Both the position numbers and the translations under genes were made by a program. A stretch of DNA of 64,000 nucleotides, from contig OZ242180.1 of assembly GCA_965205485.1 (NCBI GenBank), forward strand, positions 4,544,001 through 4,608,000, read 5' to 3'. Positions 1 through 8,729 of the stretch are shown here, one piece after another. The DNA comes from Candidatus Latescibacterota bacterium. Lineage in GTDB: Bacteria > Latescibacterota > UBA2968 > GCA-2709665. The notes under the pieces were generated by a model that saw only the letters and a program-made list of their open reading frames with translations, made no database searches and was not told the origin of the DNA. Numbering within the stretch: position 1 is the stretch's first letter; the number at the start of each line of letters is the position of its first letter.

Positions 1-1118
1 CACCGCCGAATCCCGTTGCGCGATTCGGGCGTTCCCGCCTCGAGGTACGGCACGATCGAGAAGTCGATCATATCATAATGGGCGCCGGAAAACAGCGCAG
101 TCCAGGCGCGCTTGCGGTGCACGGTCCATCCTTCCTCTTCCTTGTACTGGGTTGCGATATTGTCTTCGTCGTGATTCAGCGGTTTCGAACGTCCGTAGGT
201 GGCGAGGGTAAAATCACGCAGCGGCCGCAATTTGAGCTGCTTGGACATGAAGTCGCCGAGATCATAACTGCGACCGTCGCACAGGGTATTTGGCAGCGGG
301 TGAATATTCACCACGTCGAAATCCATTGACTCGAACGACCCGTCGGAGGGCTGATCGAACGGCCTGATCGTCATCGCTTCCTGTCCGGCGATCAGGTGCC
401 GGTTCGGCATCCCGCTTTCAATCTCGCGGATCTGCGCGATGAACTGCGACTGCCAGCCGTTCACCTCCTCCGATCCGGGCAGACCTTCCGTATCGGGGAA
501 ATAACACGGTTCGTTGCAGATCTCGTAGATCACGTTCCCGTACCGGTTGGTTTCCTCCACGATACGCCGTACGTGCGCGCGCTGCCAGTCCAGCAGGTCC
601 TTCCGGCGGCAGGTCATATACTCCTGCCAGGGTACCGGCGGATCCGGGGTTTCCATTGTCTTGTTATTGGCCGGATTCAACGGATTGAGCGCCCAGACCT
701 CGTCTTTGTAGGTGTTGCTGAAGAGCACCACCTCAACGACGATGCCGTACGACTCCGCGAGAGAAAGGAACGCGTGCAACCGGTCGAAATACTCGGCATT
801 CCAGCGCGAAAGATCGTACCGCGGCTGACCGTCCAGCGCGTTTCCCGGCCCTGTCCGTTCGAAGGGCGCGATGAAATCCGGTGATTCGGGCTTGCAGGTC
901 GAGTACGGGTTGACAGGCGTCTGCAGCTCTCTGAACAGCGTAAACAGCCGGGTCAGCGTCTGCCCCCGTTCAACCGCGTCCTTCAGATACCGTTCGAACC
1001 GAAACGGCCGGTTGATCACCGCCCCGTAGTGTTCGGTCGCACAGAGCAGTACGAGCGGGTGCCCCCGATAGTCGAAGATCTTTCTGTTTTCCGGATGAAT
1101 CCTGATTACGTCAGCCAC
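1..1118 (-). CDS. Glycoside hydrolase clan GH-A-like (GH5/cellulase-like TIM barrel) protein; C-terminus runs off the left edge
   Basis: Not in the ORF track. Manual translation from GTG 1118 gives VADVIRIHPENRKIFDYRGHPLVLL...YDLSRWNAEYFDRLHAFLSLAESYGIVVEVVLF...VIYEICNEP, with the NEP acid/base motif. Same strand as the adjacent genes at 1156-3687. Confidence 0.7.
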   Translation of the reverse strand, partial: MADVIRIHPENRKIFDYRGHPLVLLCATEHYGAVINRPFRFERYLKDAVERGQTLTRLFTLFRELQTPVNPYSTCKPESPDFIAPFERTGPGNALDGQPRYDLSRWNAEYFDRLHAFLSLAESYGIVVEVVLFSNTYKDEVWALNPLNPANNKTMETPDPPVPWQEYMTCRRKDLLDWQRAHVRRIVEETNRYGNVIYEICNEPCYFPDTEGLPGSEEVNGWQSQFIAQIREIESGMPNRHLIAGQEAMTIRPFDQPSDGSFESMDFDVVNIHPLPNTLCDGRSYDLGDFMSKQLKLRPLRDFTLATYGRSKPLNHDEDNIATQYKEEEGWTVHRKRAWTALFSGAHYDMIDFSIVPYLEAGTPESRNGIRR

Positions 1119-1155
1119 GCGCCACCCCCGTTTCCGGCATGGGCTTTCGGTTTCA

Positions 1156-2238
1156 TCAAGCCGTGCGGTTGCCCTGCAGGCCTGGAGTCCGTCCGCATTG
1201 GAGCCGCGACCACTTCTCCTGAAATCCCCTTCGTTGGAAAACTTCCGGATTGACCACGCCCCGGGGGCGGGTCCCGAGCGACAGGTCCACCATACTCCGG
1301 CAGGCCGAAAGTCCGATGTCACGAAACAGTTCGTCCGTCCAGGCCACCGAATGCGGCGCAAGCAGAACATTGTCGAACCTGCCGAACCGCTGCGGCTCCG
1401 TTACGGGTTCCACGGCGAAACAATCCAGCGCCGCGCCGGCTATTTCGCCCGTCTCGAGGGCGTCGTACAGTGCATCCTCATCCACGATTCCACCCCTGGC
1501 CGTATTGATCAGATAGGCGCCCCGTTTCATCGCGGACAGTTCCGGCCGGCCGATCAGCCCCTCCGTCTCCCGGGTCAGCGGACAATGGATGGACACGAAA
1601 TCCGACGCCGCCATCAGCTCCTCAAGCGACACCAGGGCCACTCCCAGCTTACCGGCCACGGCAGGATCGACGTACGGGTCGAATGCAAGGGGCCGATTCA
1701 TCCCGAACGAACCCAGCAGCCGAACCGTCTCCCGCGCGATTCCGCCCAGCCCCACAGCCCCGAACGTACGGTCTCTCAACTCGCTACCCATGAATCGGGT
1801 CCGTGCATCCCACGCCCCGGTACGCACCAGGCGGTCTTTGACGCGCATATGGTGCGTCAGCCCAATCATCCAGCCCACCGTCGCCTCGGCGACGGAACGG
1901 TCGACCGCACCGGCCGTGATGAATACGACGACGTCGGCCTCAGTACAGGCGCCGACGTCAACCGAGTCGTACCCCACTCCGAAGCGCCCGATGGCCAGCA
2001 GGTCTTCCGACTCCGAGACGGTCTCGGCAGTCACCGAGGGCGTCAGTACGACCACGCCCTGTACGTCCGCCACCTGCTCAGCGCCGATCTCCGGACGATG
2101 CGCCCCGAATATCGACGTTTGAATATGGTCATGGCTGTCAAATAACGCCAGGCCCATATCCCTGAACTTGCACGTCCCCTCCGAATCGTAAAAGTCGGCG
2201 GTCAGCGCCACGCGGAAGACCTTGCCGTCAGAGGACAT
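1156..2238 (-). CDS. D-isomer-specific 2-hydroxyacid dehydrogenase (SerA-like)
   Basis: Motifs GRFGVGYDSVD, VGLGGIA, SIHCPLT, INTARGG, LDCFAVEP, LAPH. Start taken at ATG 2238. Confidence 0.9.
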   Translation of the reverse strand: MSSDGKVFRVALTADFYDSEGTCKFRDMGLALFDSHDHIQTSIFGAHRPEIGAEQVADVQGVVVLTPSVTAETVSESEDLLAIGRFGVGYDSVDVGACTEADVVVFITAGAVDRSVAEATVGWMIGLTHHMRVKDRLVRTGAWDARTRFMGSELRDRTFGAVGLGGIARETVRLLGSFGMNRPLAFDPYVDPAVAGKLGVALVSLEELMAASDFVSIHCPLTRETEGLIGRPELSAMKRGAYLINTARGGIVDEDALYDALETGEIAGAALDCFAVEPVTEPQRFGRFDNVLLAPHSVAWTDELFRDIGLSACRSMVDLSLGTRPRGVVNPEVFQRRGFQEKWSRLQCGRTPGLQGNRTA

Positions 2239-2265
2239 AATTGAAGCCTTCTCAAGCGAGGTCAA

Positions 2266-3687
2266 TCACATCCGCCCCAACTCCCAGATCACACACGCCA
2301 CGGCAAATGCGATATAGACGACCGATGCGACCGACATCATTCCGGTGCACAGCCATCCCGGACGGGCGGCCGCGGGCAGATGACGATGATTGATATAGAG
2401 CGTCAGGGGGGTATACAGCGCCATGGCGAACCCGCCAATATACGCCGCGTTGAACAGGAAGCCCAGTTCACTCACGCCACGGGCTTCCATCACATAGGTG
2501 ATCACACACCCGGCCACAATCCACGTCGCCGCAACGACCAGGTACCACCAGCTGAGATCCCGCTTTCGCGCCACTGTGAAGTTGGTGTAGATGATGTCGG
2601 CGATGGATCGGGACACCCCGTCGACCAGAGCAAGCTGCGTGCTGAACAGCGTGGCCAGGCCCACAATCAGAAAGACATACCTGCCCGTCTCGCCCCAGAC
2701 CGTTGCCAGAACCGCTGCTTCGTCCCAGATCAGCGTGCCCTTCGCAGGGACGATACCATTGGGGTGCAATACCGCAAGTGCGCCGAATATGAAAAGCAGA
2801 ATGGTTACGGAATTCAGCGCCCAGAAAAACAGCATCTGATCCTTCTTCACATAGTTGAACCAGCTCCTGAAACGGCGGATATCCTCTTCCGTCTCCTCAA
2901 ACCGGAATCCCGTAGAGGGCATCGCCTCGGTGCGGCCTCGAAGCGGATTCCGCATCCGGGGCAGATGCGCGCCCATCCCCACATGCTTGTCGCGCAGGTA
3001 GAACGTGTAGAAGAGATTGGCCGTACCTCCGGCGCCTGCGAATACAAGCGCGATGAACATCGCCTTGACGCTCATTCCCGGATCGATGTAACCGACATTG
3101 GCAATCCCTCTGCCGAGCGATGCCCATGTTTCCGCCGAACCGACGGCGTACGCGACCGCGATCAGTCCGACAGTGACCACCACAACGAGCAATTCGATAC
3201 TCCGCTCGACGGACTGGTAGATCAACTTCGGACCGAAGAGAATCAGGGCCACGCCCGCGAAGGTAATGATCGTCCAGAACGTATCCGAGCCCCAGCCATG
3301 CGGCCCGGCCAGCAGCGCCTTCAGGGCCAGCCCGGATGCCCGCCCCCACCCCGGTGCGATCCAGCTGAATATCGTCAACAGAACGAATATGGGCGCAAAT
3401 CCGCGCCATACCCGGCTGTATCCCGTATAAACCGTTTCACCGGTGGCAATCGTCCACCGTCCCACTTCGAAGTTGATCCAGAGTTGCAGGAAGATGCCGA
3501 CGCAGGCCGCCCAAACCATACTGGCGCCGTATTCGGCAACGATCCGCGGCCAGATGACGATCTCGCCCGCACCGATGGAAAGTCCCACCAGGACCGCGCC
3601 CGGACCGGCCAGCTTCCAGAAGGACGCCTTTCGCTCCGGCATCTTTCTGATTTCGTGGTTTTTCAGCGGCTCAAAGAATCTCGCCAT
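2266..3687 (-). CDS. Nramp/APC-superfamily membrane transporter
   Basis: GPGAVLVGLSIGAGE N-terminal motif and many hydrophobic segments. AGGAGA RBS before ATG 3687. Confidence 0.8.
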   Translation of the reverse strand: MARFFEPLKNHEIRKMPERKASFWKLAGPGAVLVGLSIGAGEIVIWPRIVAEYGASMVWAACVGIFLQLWINFEVGRWTIATGETVYTGYSRVWRGFAPIFVLLTIFSWIAPGWGRASGLALKALLAGPHGWGSDTFWTIITFAGVALILFGPKLIYQSVERSIELLVVVVTVGLIAVAYAVGSAETWASLGRGIANVGYIDPGMSVKAMFIALVFAGAGGTANLFYTFYLRDKHVGMGAHLPRMRNPLRGRTEAMPSTGFRFEETEEDIRRFRSWFNYVKKDQMLFFWALNSVTILLFIFGALAVLHPNGIVPAKGTLIWDEAAVLATVWGETGRYVFLIVGLATLFSTQLALVDGVSRSIADIIYTNFTVARKRDLSWWYLVVAATWIVAGCVITYVMEARGVSELGFLFNAAYIGGFAMALYTPLTLYINHRHLPAAARPGWLCTGMMSVASVVYIAFAVACVIWELGRM

Positions 3688-3827
3688 ATTCTGTCTCCTT
3701 GCGGGCTCGGCATTGTCGATATGTCCGCCTCGAAGGTTGTACCGACAAAAAAAAGGCTCGGAGAATTGTCCGGCCCTTTTCGTGTCGGCGCCTGCCAGCG
3801 ACAGGGTTTCAGTTCGCCGCCCGCGCG

Positions 3828-4346
3828 TTACCGCACCCGCTTCCATCTGTCCACAAATACGTCCGGGAAAGACGCCACCATCTGATCGCCGCGGAACTCC
3901 TCGCTGTACCCCCGTTCGTGCGTGATGCGAATCATCCCGTCTTCCAGCGTAATCTTACCCTTTTCGACCTTCGCCTTATGATAGATCGTAATCGGCGCGT
4001 CGAATGACGAGCGGTAGCCCTGCCGGATGAGCAGATATCTGGAACGCGTGATGGCGGAGGTCGAGATCTCGTATTTGCTTGCGGCAAAATCGAACGTCCT
4101 GGGTTTTTCGCCGCCCGAGTCCACCAGCATATTCAGCGTCACGTGGGCTTTTCTTGAATCGATCGGTTGCCACGAAAATACTCCCGAAATCTCGGGTTTT
4201 CGAAGTACCGTACCGTCGGGCAGGGTTCGTGACTCGAGCTCCCACTTGCCTGCAAGCTGCTCCTGCATGTGCGCCAGGCGGTCACTGCAGCCAAGTGTTA
4301 TCACCGCGCACACCGTCAATACCGCGAACATCATTCGGCGATTCAT
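3828..4346 (-). CDS. Hypothetical lipoprotein, possibly lipocalin-like
   Basis: Signal peptide ending TLGC (lipobox); LAGKWEL resembles a lipocalin GxW motif; GGAG RBS; sigma-70-like promoter upstream. Confidence 0.6.
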   Translation of the reverse strand: MNRRMMFAVLTVCAVITLGCSDRLAHMQEQLAGKWELESRTLPDGTVLRKPEISGVFSWQPIDSRKAHVTLNMLVDSGGEKPRTFDFAASKYEISTSAITRSRYLLIRQGYRSSFDAPITIYHKAKVEKGKITLEDGMIRITHERGYSEEFRGDQMVASFPDVFVDRWKRVR

Positions 4347-4360
4347 TCGTGTCTCCATAA

Positions 4361-4425
4361 CAGCCCGTCGAAAAAGCCCATCCGGGCTACGGCCGGCCCT
4401 TGCGGTCGAAAACCTGCGACGCGCG
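4361..4425 (+). mobile_element. Truncated MITE family B copy (one end only)
   Basis: CAGCCCGTCGAAAAAGCCCATCCGGGCTACGGCCGGCCCTTGCGGTCGAAAA closely matches 13148-13200 and the reverse complement of 26822-26871. Confidence 0.75.
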
Positions 4426-4429
4426 AAAC

Positions 4430-4458
4430 AGTATATTTCCCGGGATTCGCGCTGTCAA
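4430..4458 (-). promoter_or_regulatory. Sigma-70-type promoter for the lipoprotein gene
   Basis: TTGACA-17 nt-TATACT on the minus strand. Confidence 0.6.
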
Positions 4459-4494
4459 GAAAAAAAGCCCCGATCGTGTGTTGCTCTCGAGGCT
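4459..4494 (-). terminator. Probable intrinsic terminator after hup
   Basis: Minus strand AGCCTCGA...TCGGGGCT stem followed by a T7 run. Confidence 0.5.
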
Positions 4495-4521
4495 CTGGAT
4501 GCAGAATTGGCGATATGTCGG

Positions 4522-4797
4522 CTAGTTGACAGCGTCTTTAAGCGCCTTGCCAGCTTTGAAACGAACGGTCTTACCCGCGGAAATCTGAATTGACTCACCC
4601 GTCTGAGGATTTCGACCGGTACGTGCGGCTCTCGTTCCGACCGAAAACGTCCCGAACCCGGATATGGCGACGCGATCACCGCTTTTGAGCGAATCGGCGA
4701 TTTCGTTCAGAACGACCCGCAGTGCGGCTTCGGCATTCCTTTTTGACAGACCGGCCTGATTTGCGATGGCATCGACTAGATCGGTCCTGTTCGACAT
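4522..4797 (-). CDS. hup: HU family DNA-binding protein
   Basis: GFGTF...RAARTGRNPQTGE...VRFKAGKALKDAVN signature. Confidence 0.95.
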   Translation of the reverse strand: MSNRTDLVDAIANQAGLSKRNAEAALRVVLNEIADSLKSGDRVAISGFGTFSVGTRAARTGRNPQTGESIQISAGKTVRFKAGKALKDAVN

Positions 4798-4829
4798 GGC
4801 AATTCACCCCCTTTCTGGAATTTGCCCTG

Positions 4830-4859
4830 AATATAGGGCCGATTGTGGGATTTTGTCAA
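4830..4859 (-). promoter_or_regulatory. Sigma-70-type promoter for hup
   Basis: TTGACA-18 nt-TATATT on the minus strand. Confidence 0.55.
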
Positions 4860-5003
4860 GTGCGCCGATCCAGAATGACGCAAAAAGACGGTTCTGCTGT
4901 CGAATTATCGGTCAAATTGCCGCAACGAGACGTGTTGCAACCGGGTTCCTGTCAAGGTTTTCCGCATCTGCACCGCATCCGGCCAACGCCAGGCGCAAGC
5001 AAT

Positions 5004-5039
5004 AAAAAACGGGCGGAGATCAACTTTCGTCTCCGCCCC
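5004..5039 (-). terminator. Intrinsic terminator after the sigma factor gene
   Basis: GGGCGGAGA/TCTCCGCCC stem followed by GTTTTTT on the minus strand. Confidence 0.7.
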
Positions 5040-5121
5040 CTGGATTTCACCATTCGAGTCTGCACGATTCCGCGGCCGGTGGAGGAAAAACAGGCACCCG
5101 GACAAACGGCCTTCAGGGTCC

Positions 5122-5973
5122 TTACGCCGACTCCATCAGCGGCTCGAGTTGCAGCCGGCGGCGCGGATGCCGCAGTCGCCGGAGGGCCTTTTCCTTGATC
5201 TGCCGGACCCGTTCCCGCGTAAGACTGAACCTGGTGCCGATTTCTTCCAGCGTCATCGCTTCTTCGTCGCCCAACCCGAAATAAAGCCGCAATACTTCCG
5301 CTTCCCGGGCGTCGAGCGTTTCAAGGACCATCTTCACCTGGTCCTTGACCGACTCGTCGACCACTTCGAGGTCCGGCGCCTTCTGAGAACTATCCGGCAG
5401 GATATGCAGAAGGCTGTGGTCGTCGTCGTCTTTGAAAGACGCATCGAGCGACCAGACGTCGCGCGCTCTGAGAAGCGTATCCTGTACCATGTCCACGGAA
5501 ACGCCGAGTTTTTCGGCAATCGTCTCCGGATCGGGGTCGGCCTCCTCGGTCTGTCGAATCTCCCGCGAAACCTTGGCGATATTGTGCAACAGATCGATGC
5601 GGTTGATGGGCAGCCTTACCACGCGCGAATCCTGCGCCAGGCTTTGATGTATGGCCTGACGTATCCACCAGACCGCGTAGGATATGAATTTGAATCCCCG
5701 CGTACCGTCAAATCGTTCGGCGGCCGTCATCAGACCCATGTTTCCAGCACTGATGAGGTCGGCCAACGGCACCCCGTGGTTCTGGTATTCCCTGGCAACG
5801 CTGACCACGAATCGGAGATTCGAAGCAACCAGCCTGTCTCTGGCCTTCTGGTCTCCCTTTCGTATCCGGTGCGCGAGTGCGATCTCGGTCTCTGCGGAAA
5901 GCGGTTCCGAAGAAGCAATGTCCCTCAGGTAGAGATCAAGAGACTCGCTGTCCTGAATCATTATTCCAGCCAC
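5122..5973 (-). CDS. RNA polymerase sigma factor, RpoD/SigA family, short form lacking region 1.1
   Basis: Regions 1.2 (LDLYLRDI), 2 (NLRFVVSVA, FKFISYAVWWIRQAI) and 4 (TLEEIG...LTRERVRQI). GGAGG RBS before the GTG start. Confidence 0.93.
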   Translation of the reverse strand: MAGIMIQDSESLDLYLRDIASSEPLSAETEIALAHRIRKGDQKARDRLVASNLRFVVSVAREYQNHGVPLADLISAGNMGLMTAAERFDGTRGFKFISYAVWWIRQAIHQSLAQDSRVVRLPINRIDLLHNIAKVSREIRQTEEADPDPETIAEKLGVSVDMVQDTLLRARDVWSLDASFKDDDDHSLLHILPDSSQKAPDLEVVDESVKDQVKMVLETLDAREAEVLRLYFGLGDEEAMTLEEIGTRFSLTRERVRQIKEKALRRLRHPRRRLQLEPLMESA

Positions 5974-6016
5974 GTTTCCAACCTCCGGAAAATCAGTGTG
6001 CGTTTCGCGAGTCTAA

Positions 6017-6178
6017 GAAGCTGTTTTAAAATTACCGGTGAGTTCCCGAGCGCGAACGAAAAAGTGGCGGTCAAGGCGGGCAAATTCGCCCATATTTGTC
6101 TATACGGGCGGATTTGACCAACGCCGACCGGCGCTTTTGCAGCCGCGCGAAGACCGCTGGGAATTTTAAGACAGCTTC
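6017..6178 (+). mobile_element. MITE family A, copy 1 (162 bp)
   Basis: Terminal inverted repeats GAAGCTGTTTTAAAATT / AATTTTAAGACAGCTTC; flanks TAA/TAG; three further copies in the window. Confidence 0.85.
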
Positions 6179-6759
6179 TAGGTCGCCGGGACGTGCTCCA
6201 TGCACGCCTCCGGCAGAGCCCCGTGCAGACGCATCTGCCGCAGCAAGAGTCTATTCATCTCCGCTGCGGTGCGGGACTCCAGAAAAGTCTCGGTGAAATC
6301 CTCGTGGAAGAGACGGCATAAATAGCCGAGAAGCGGCAGGTATCTTATGTCGCCCTCCGAGGGCACGGCAACGAGGCAAATCAGCTGAACCGGCTCAGGA
6401 TGCGTATCCGAGTGAAAGTCCACACCGTGATTTGAAATGCCCAGCGCCATACCGAGGTGCCTGGCAGAACCACAACGTGCGTGGGGAAACGCAATCCCGT
6501 TTCCGACTGCGGTGCTTTCGAGGTCTTCCCTGTCCAGAACCGATTGCAGAAACCGCAGACTGTCCGTCACGTAACCCGAGCCGTGCAAACGGTCCACGAG
6601 GGCTTTGATTGCGCCCATCCGATCCCGGGGTTCCAGGTTCCGGACCATCGTCGCGGGGTGGAAACCGACCACTCCGCTCAGGTCCGTTTCCCATTCACTG
6701 CTGTAGTGGAACTTTGACAGCGCCATATCTGTAACCGGGAATTCCGGGATTCTGCTCAT
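6178..6759 (-). CDS. PTS EIIA (fructose/Ntr type) domain protein
   Basis: REDLESTAVGNGIAFPHAR with the phospho-acceptor His; GVDFHS...PVQLICLVAVP. Confidence 0.85.
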   Translation of the reverse strand: MSRIPEFPVTDMALSKFHYSSEWETDLSGVVGFHPATMVRNLEPRDRMGAIKALVDRLHGSGYVTDSLRFLQSVLDREDLESTAVGNGIAFPHARCGSARHLGMALGISNHGVDFHSDTHPEPVQLICLVAVPSEGDIRYLPLLGYLCRLFHEDFTETFLESRTAAEMNRLLLRQMRLHGALPEACMEHVPAT

Positions 6760-6956
6760 TCCGGGTACGCGTTCGGTTTGACGCGTGCGGATTTCCCGGA
6801 ATCAGTCAACTGTTAATGTGCAATTATTGCAGCAGGCGAGCGATGAACGCACGTTGCCAGATTGGCATCCTGCCATTGAATGACGCTGAAAAACAGCGCC
6901 ACACGACGATTTTCAGACGTATCAGCGAATCCGATAGAACTGTCTCCCTATTTATA

Positions 6957-6973
6957 AGCAACTTTAATGCCAA
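6957..6973 (-). promoter_or_regulatory. Sigma-54 (-24/-12) promoter pointing at the EIIA and sigma genes
   Basis: Minus strand TTGGCATTAAAGTTGCT fits TGGCA-N6-TTGC with exact GG-N10-GC spacing. Confidence 0.75.
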
Positions 6974-7069
6974 CTTTCGCCAGTATTGTACAGGTGCTTA
7001 TTATAAATAAACTTACGCCCGACGATCCCTGTCGCCGGGCGTAAAATATCCATCCCCGTGTCCCTGCTG

Positions 7070-7116
7070 GCGCAATATTTGCACTCGATCCCGCGCAAAT
7101 TGCGCAAAAATTGCAG
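7070..7116. promoter_or_regulatory. Putative enhancer (UAS) sites for an NtrC-type activator
   Basis: Two imperfect dyads, GCGCAATATTTGCAC and TGCGCAAAAATTGCAG, about 100-140 bp upstream of the sigma-54 promoter, with an AT-rich stretch between. Confidence 0.45.
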
Positions 7117-7163
7117 CCCGGAGCCATTCGGGGCTCCGAACACGCCAATGGTGCCGATACTCA

Positions 7164-7324
7164 GAAGTTGTTTTAAAATTCCCGGTGAGTCCCGAGCGCG
7201 AGCGAAAATGGGTCGGTCAAGGCGGGCAAATTCGCCCATATTTGGCTATACGGGTGGATTTGCCCAACGTAGACCGACGCTTTTGCAGCCGCGCGAAGAC
7301 CGCTGGGGTTTTTAAGACAGCTTC
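7164..7324 (+). mobile_element. MITE family A, copy 2 (161 bp)
   Basis: Same terminal repeats and interior as copy 1; exact 3-bp direct repeat TCA/TCA on the flanks. Confidence 0.85.
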
Positions 7325-8686
7325 TCAGGAACCCAGATTGTATTTCTTGATCTTGTATTGCAGCGCACGCACACTGATACCCAGAATTCGGGCTGCTTCC
7401 TTCCGGTTGGAGGTCACGTGGGCCAGCGTGTTCTCTATCAACAGGCGTTCCGCTTCCTCGATGGAGGAATTCAACGGAACAACAAGCTCCTTCCGGACCG
7501 GCGCGATCGCGCGGATGGCCGTGGGCAGCCGTTTGGGGCCGACACGGGTTTCCGGACACGTCACCACGATACGCTCCACCGTATTCTTCAGTTCCCGGAC
7601 GTTGCCCGGCCAGGCGTAATTCAGAATCATCCGCATCGCGTCCGGGGTGAATCGTTTCCTGGATTTCTGATGAACCGCGCAGAGTTCATCCATGAACGTC
7701 TCCACAAGCAATGGAATATCGTCCTTGCGATCCATCAGTTGCGGCAGCCGAATGGGTACGACGTTGATCCTGTAAAACAGATCTTCGCGGAATCGACCCT
7801 CCCTGACTTCCAGATCCAGATTTCTGTTCGTGGCAAAGATGATTCGCACGTCAGCCTTTCTCGATTCGTTGCTGCCAACGGGCGTATATATCTTTTCCTC
7901 CAGAACGCGCAGGAGATCCACCTGATTCGCCAGCGGAATCTCGCCGACTTCGTCGAGGAACAGCGTGCCGCCCTCGGCGGCTGCGAAACGTCCCGGTTTG
8001 TCAGCGTGGGCGCCCGTAAATGCACCCCTGACGTGGCCGAACAACTCTCGCTCGAACAATGTCTCCGGAACGGCTCCGCAATTAACCGCGACAAGCGGCC
8101 CCGTGTTGCGGCTGCTACGCTGGTGGACGGCCCGGGCGACAAGCTCCTTGCCCGTGCCGGTATCGCCCATTACCAGTACGGGCACATCGGTTATCGCCGC
8201 CTGCGCCAGCGTGTCGCAGACATGCTGCATGGCGGCGCTCCGGTTCACGATCTGACCGAAGGCCTCCGTCGAACCCAGCCAGGCCCGGAGTTCCTTGTTC
8301 TCGGCAACCAGCGCCTGATGTTCCAGGAGGTGTTGCAGGGACAGATGAAGCCGCTTGAGGTCCACCGGCTTCGCCAGGTAATCATACGCGCCCAGTCGCA
8401 TGGCGTCGACCGCCGTGGAGACCTCGCCGAAGGCGGTGATAATGATGACGCCGGTGTCGGGGCTGGTTTTCTTCAGCCGTTTCAACAGGGTGATGCCGTC
8501 GATTACCGGCATCTTGAGATCCAGTATGGCCGCATGATAGACCCGCGCATCCAGACGTTCGGCCGCCTCCTCGCCGTCGTAGGCAACATCGACCGAATAC
8601 CCGACGTTCGTCAGCGACTCCTTGAGCCCCTCACATATGTGGTACTCGTCGTCGGCCACAAAGACCCTGATGTCTCTCGCTTTCAT
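7325..8686 (-). CDS. Sigma-54-dependent response regulator (REC-AAA+-Fis HTH, NtrC/AtoC family)
   Basis: Receiver DD/D motifs, GDTGTGKE, GAFTGA, LFLDEVGE, WPGNVREL and a C-terminal HTH. Confidence 0.95.
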   Translation of the reverse strand: MKARDIRVFVADDEYHICEGLKESLTNVGYSVDVAYDGEEAAERLDARVYHAAILDLKMPVIDGITLLKRLKKTSPDTGVIIITAFGEVSTAVDAMRLGAYDYLAKPVDLKRLHLSLQHLLEHQALVAENKELRAWLGSTEAFGQIVNRSAAMQHVCDTLAQAAITDVPVLVMGDTGTGKELVARAVHQRSSRNTGPLVAVNCGAVPETLFERELFGHVRGAFTGAHADKPGRFAAAEGGTLFLDEVGEIPLANQVDLLRVLEEKIYTPVGSNESRKADVRIIFATNRNLDLEVREGRFREDLFYRINVVPIRLPQLMDRKDDIPLLVETFMDELCAVHQKSRKRFTPDAMRMILNYAWPGNVRELKNTVERIVVTCPETRVGPKRLPTAIRAIAPVRKELVVPLNSSIEEAERLLIENTLAHVTSNRKEAARILGISVRALQYKIKKYNLGS

Positions 8687-8729
8687 CTCACTCCGCCGGC
8701 GCGACCGCCGGTACCTTTCGGCAGGCAGG

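Noticed and set aside
6017..7324. Composite transposon formed by two MITE A copies flanking the EIIA gene
   Set aside because: Each copy has its own flanking duplication and the outer flanks (TAA, TCA) do not match, so these are independent insertions.
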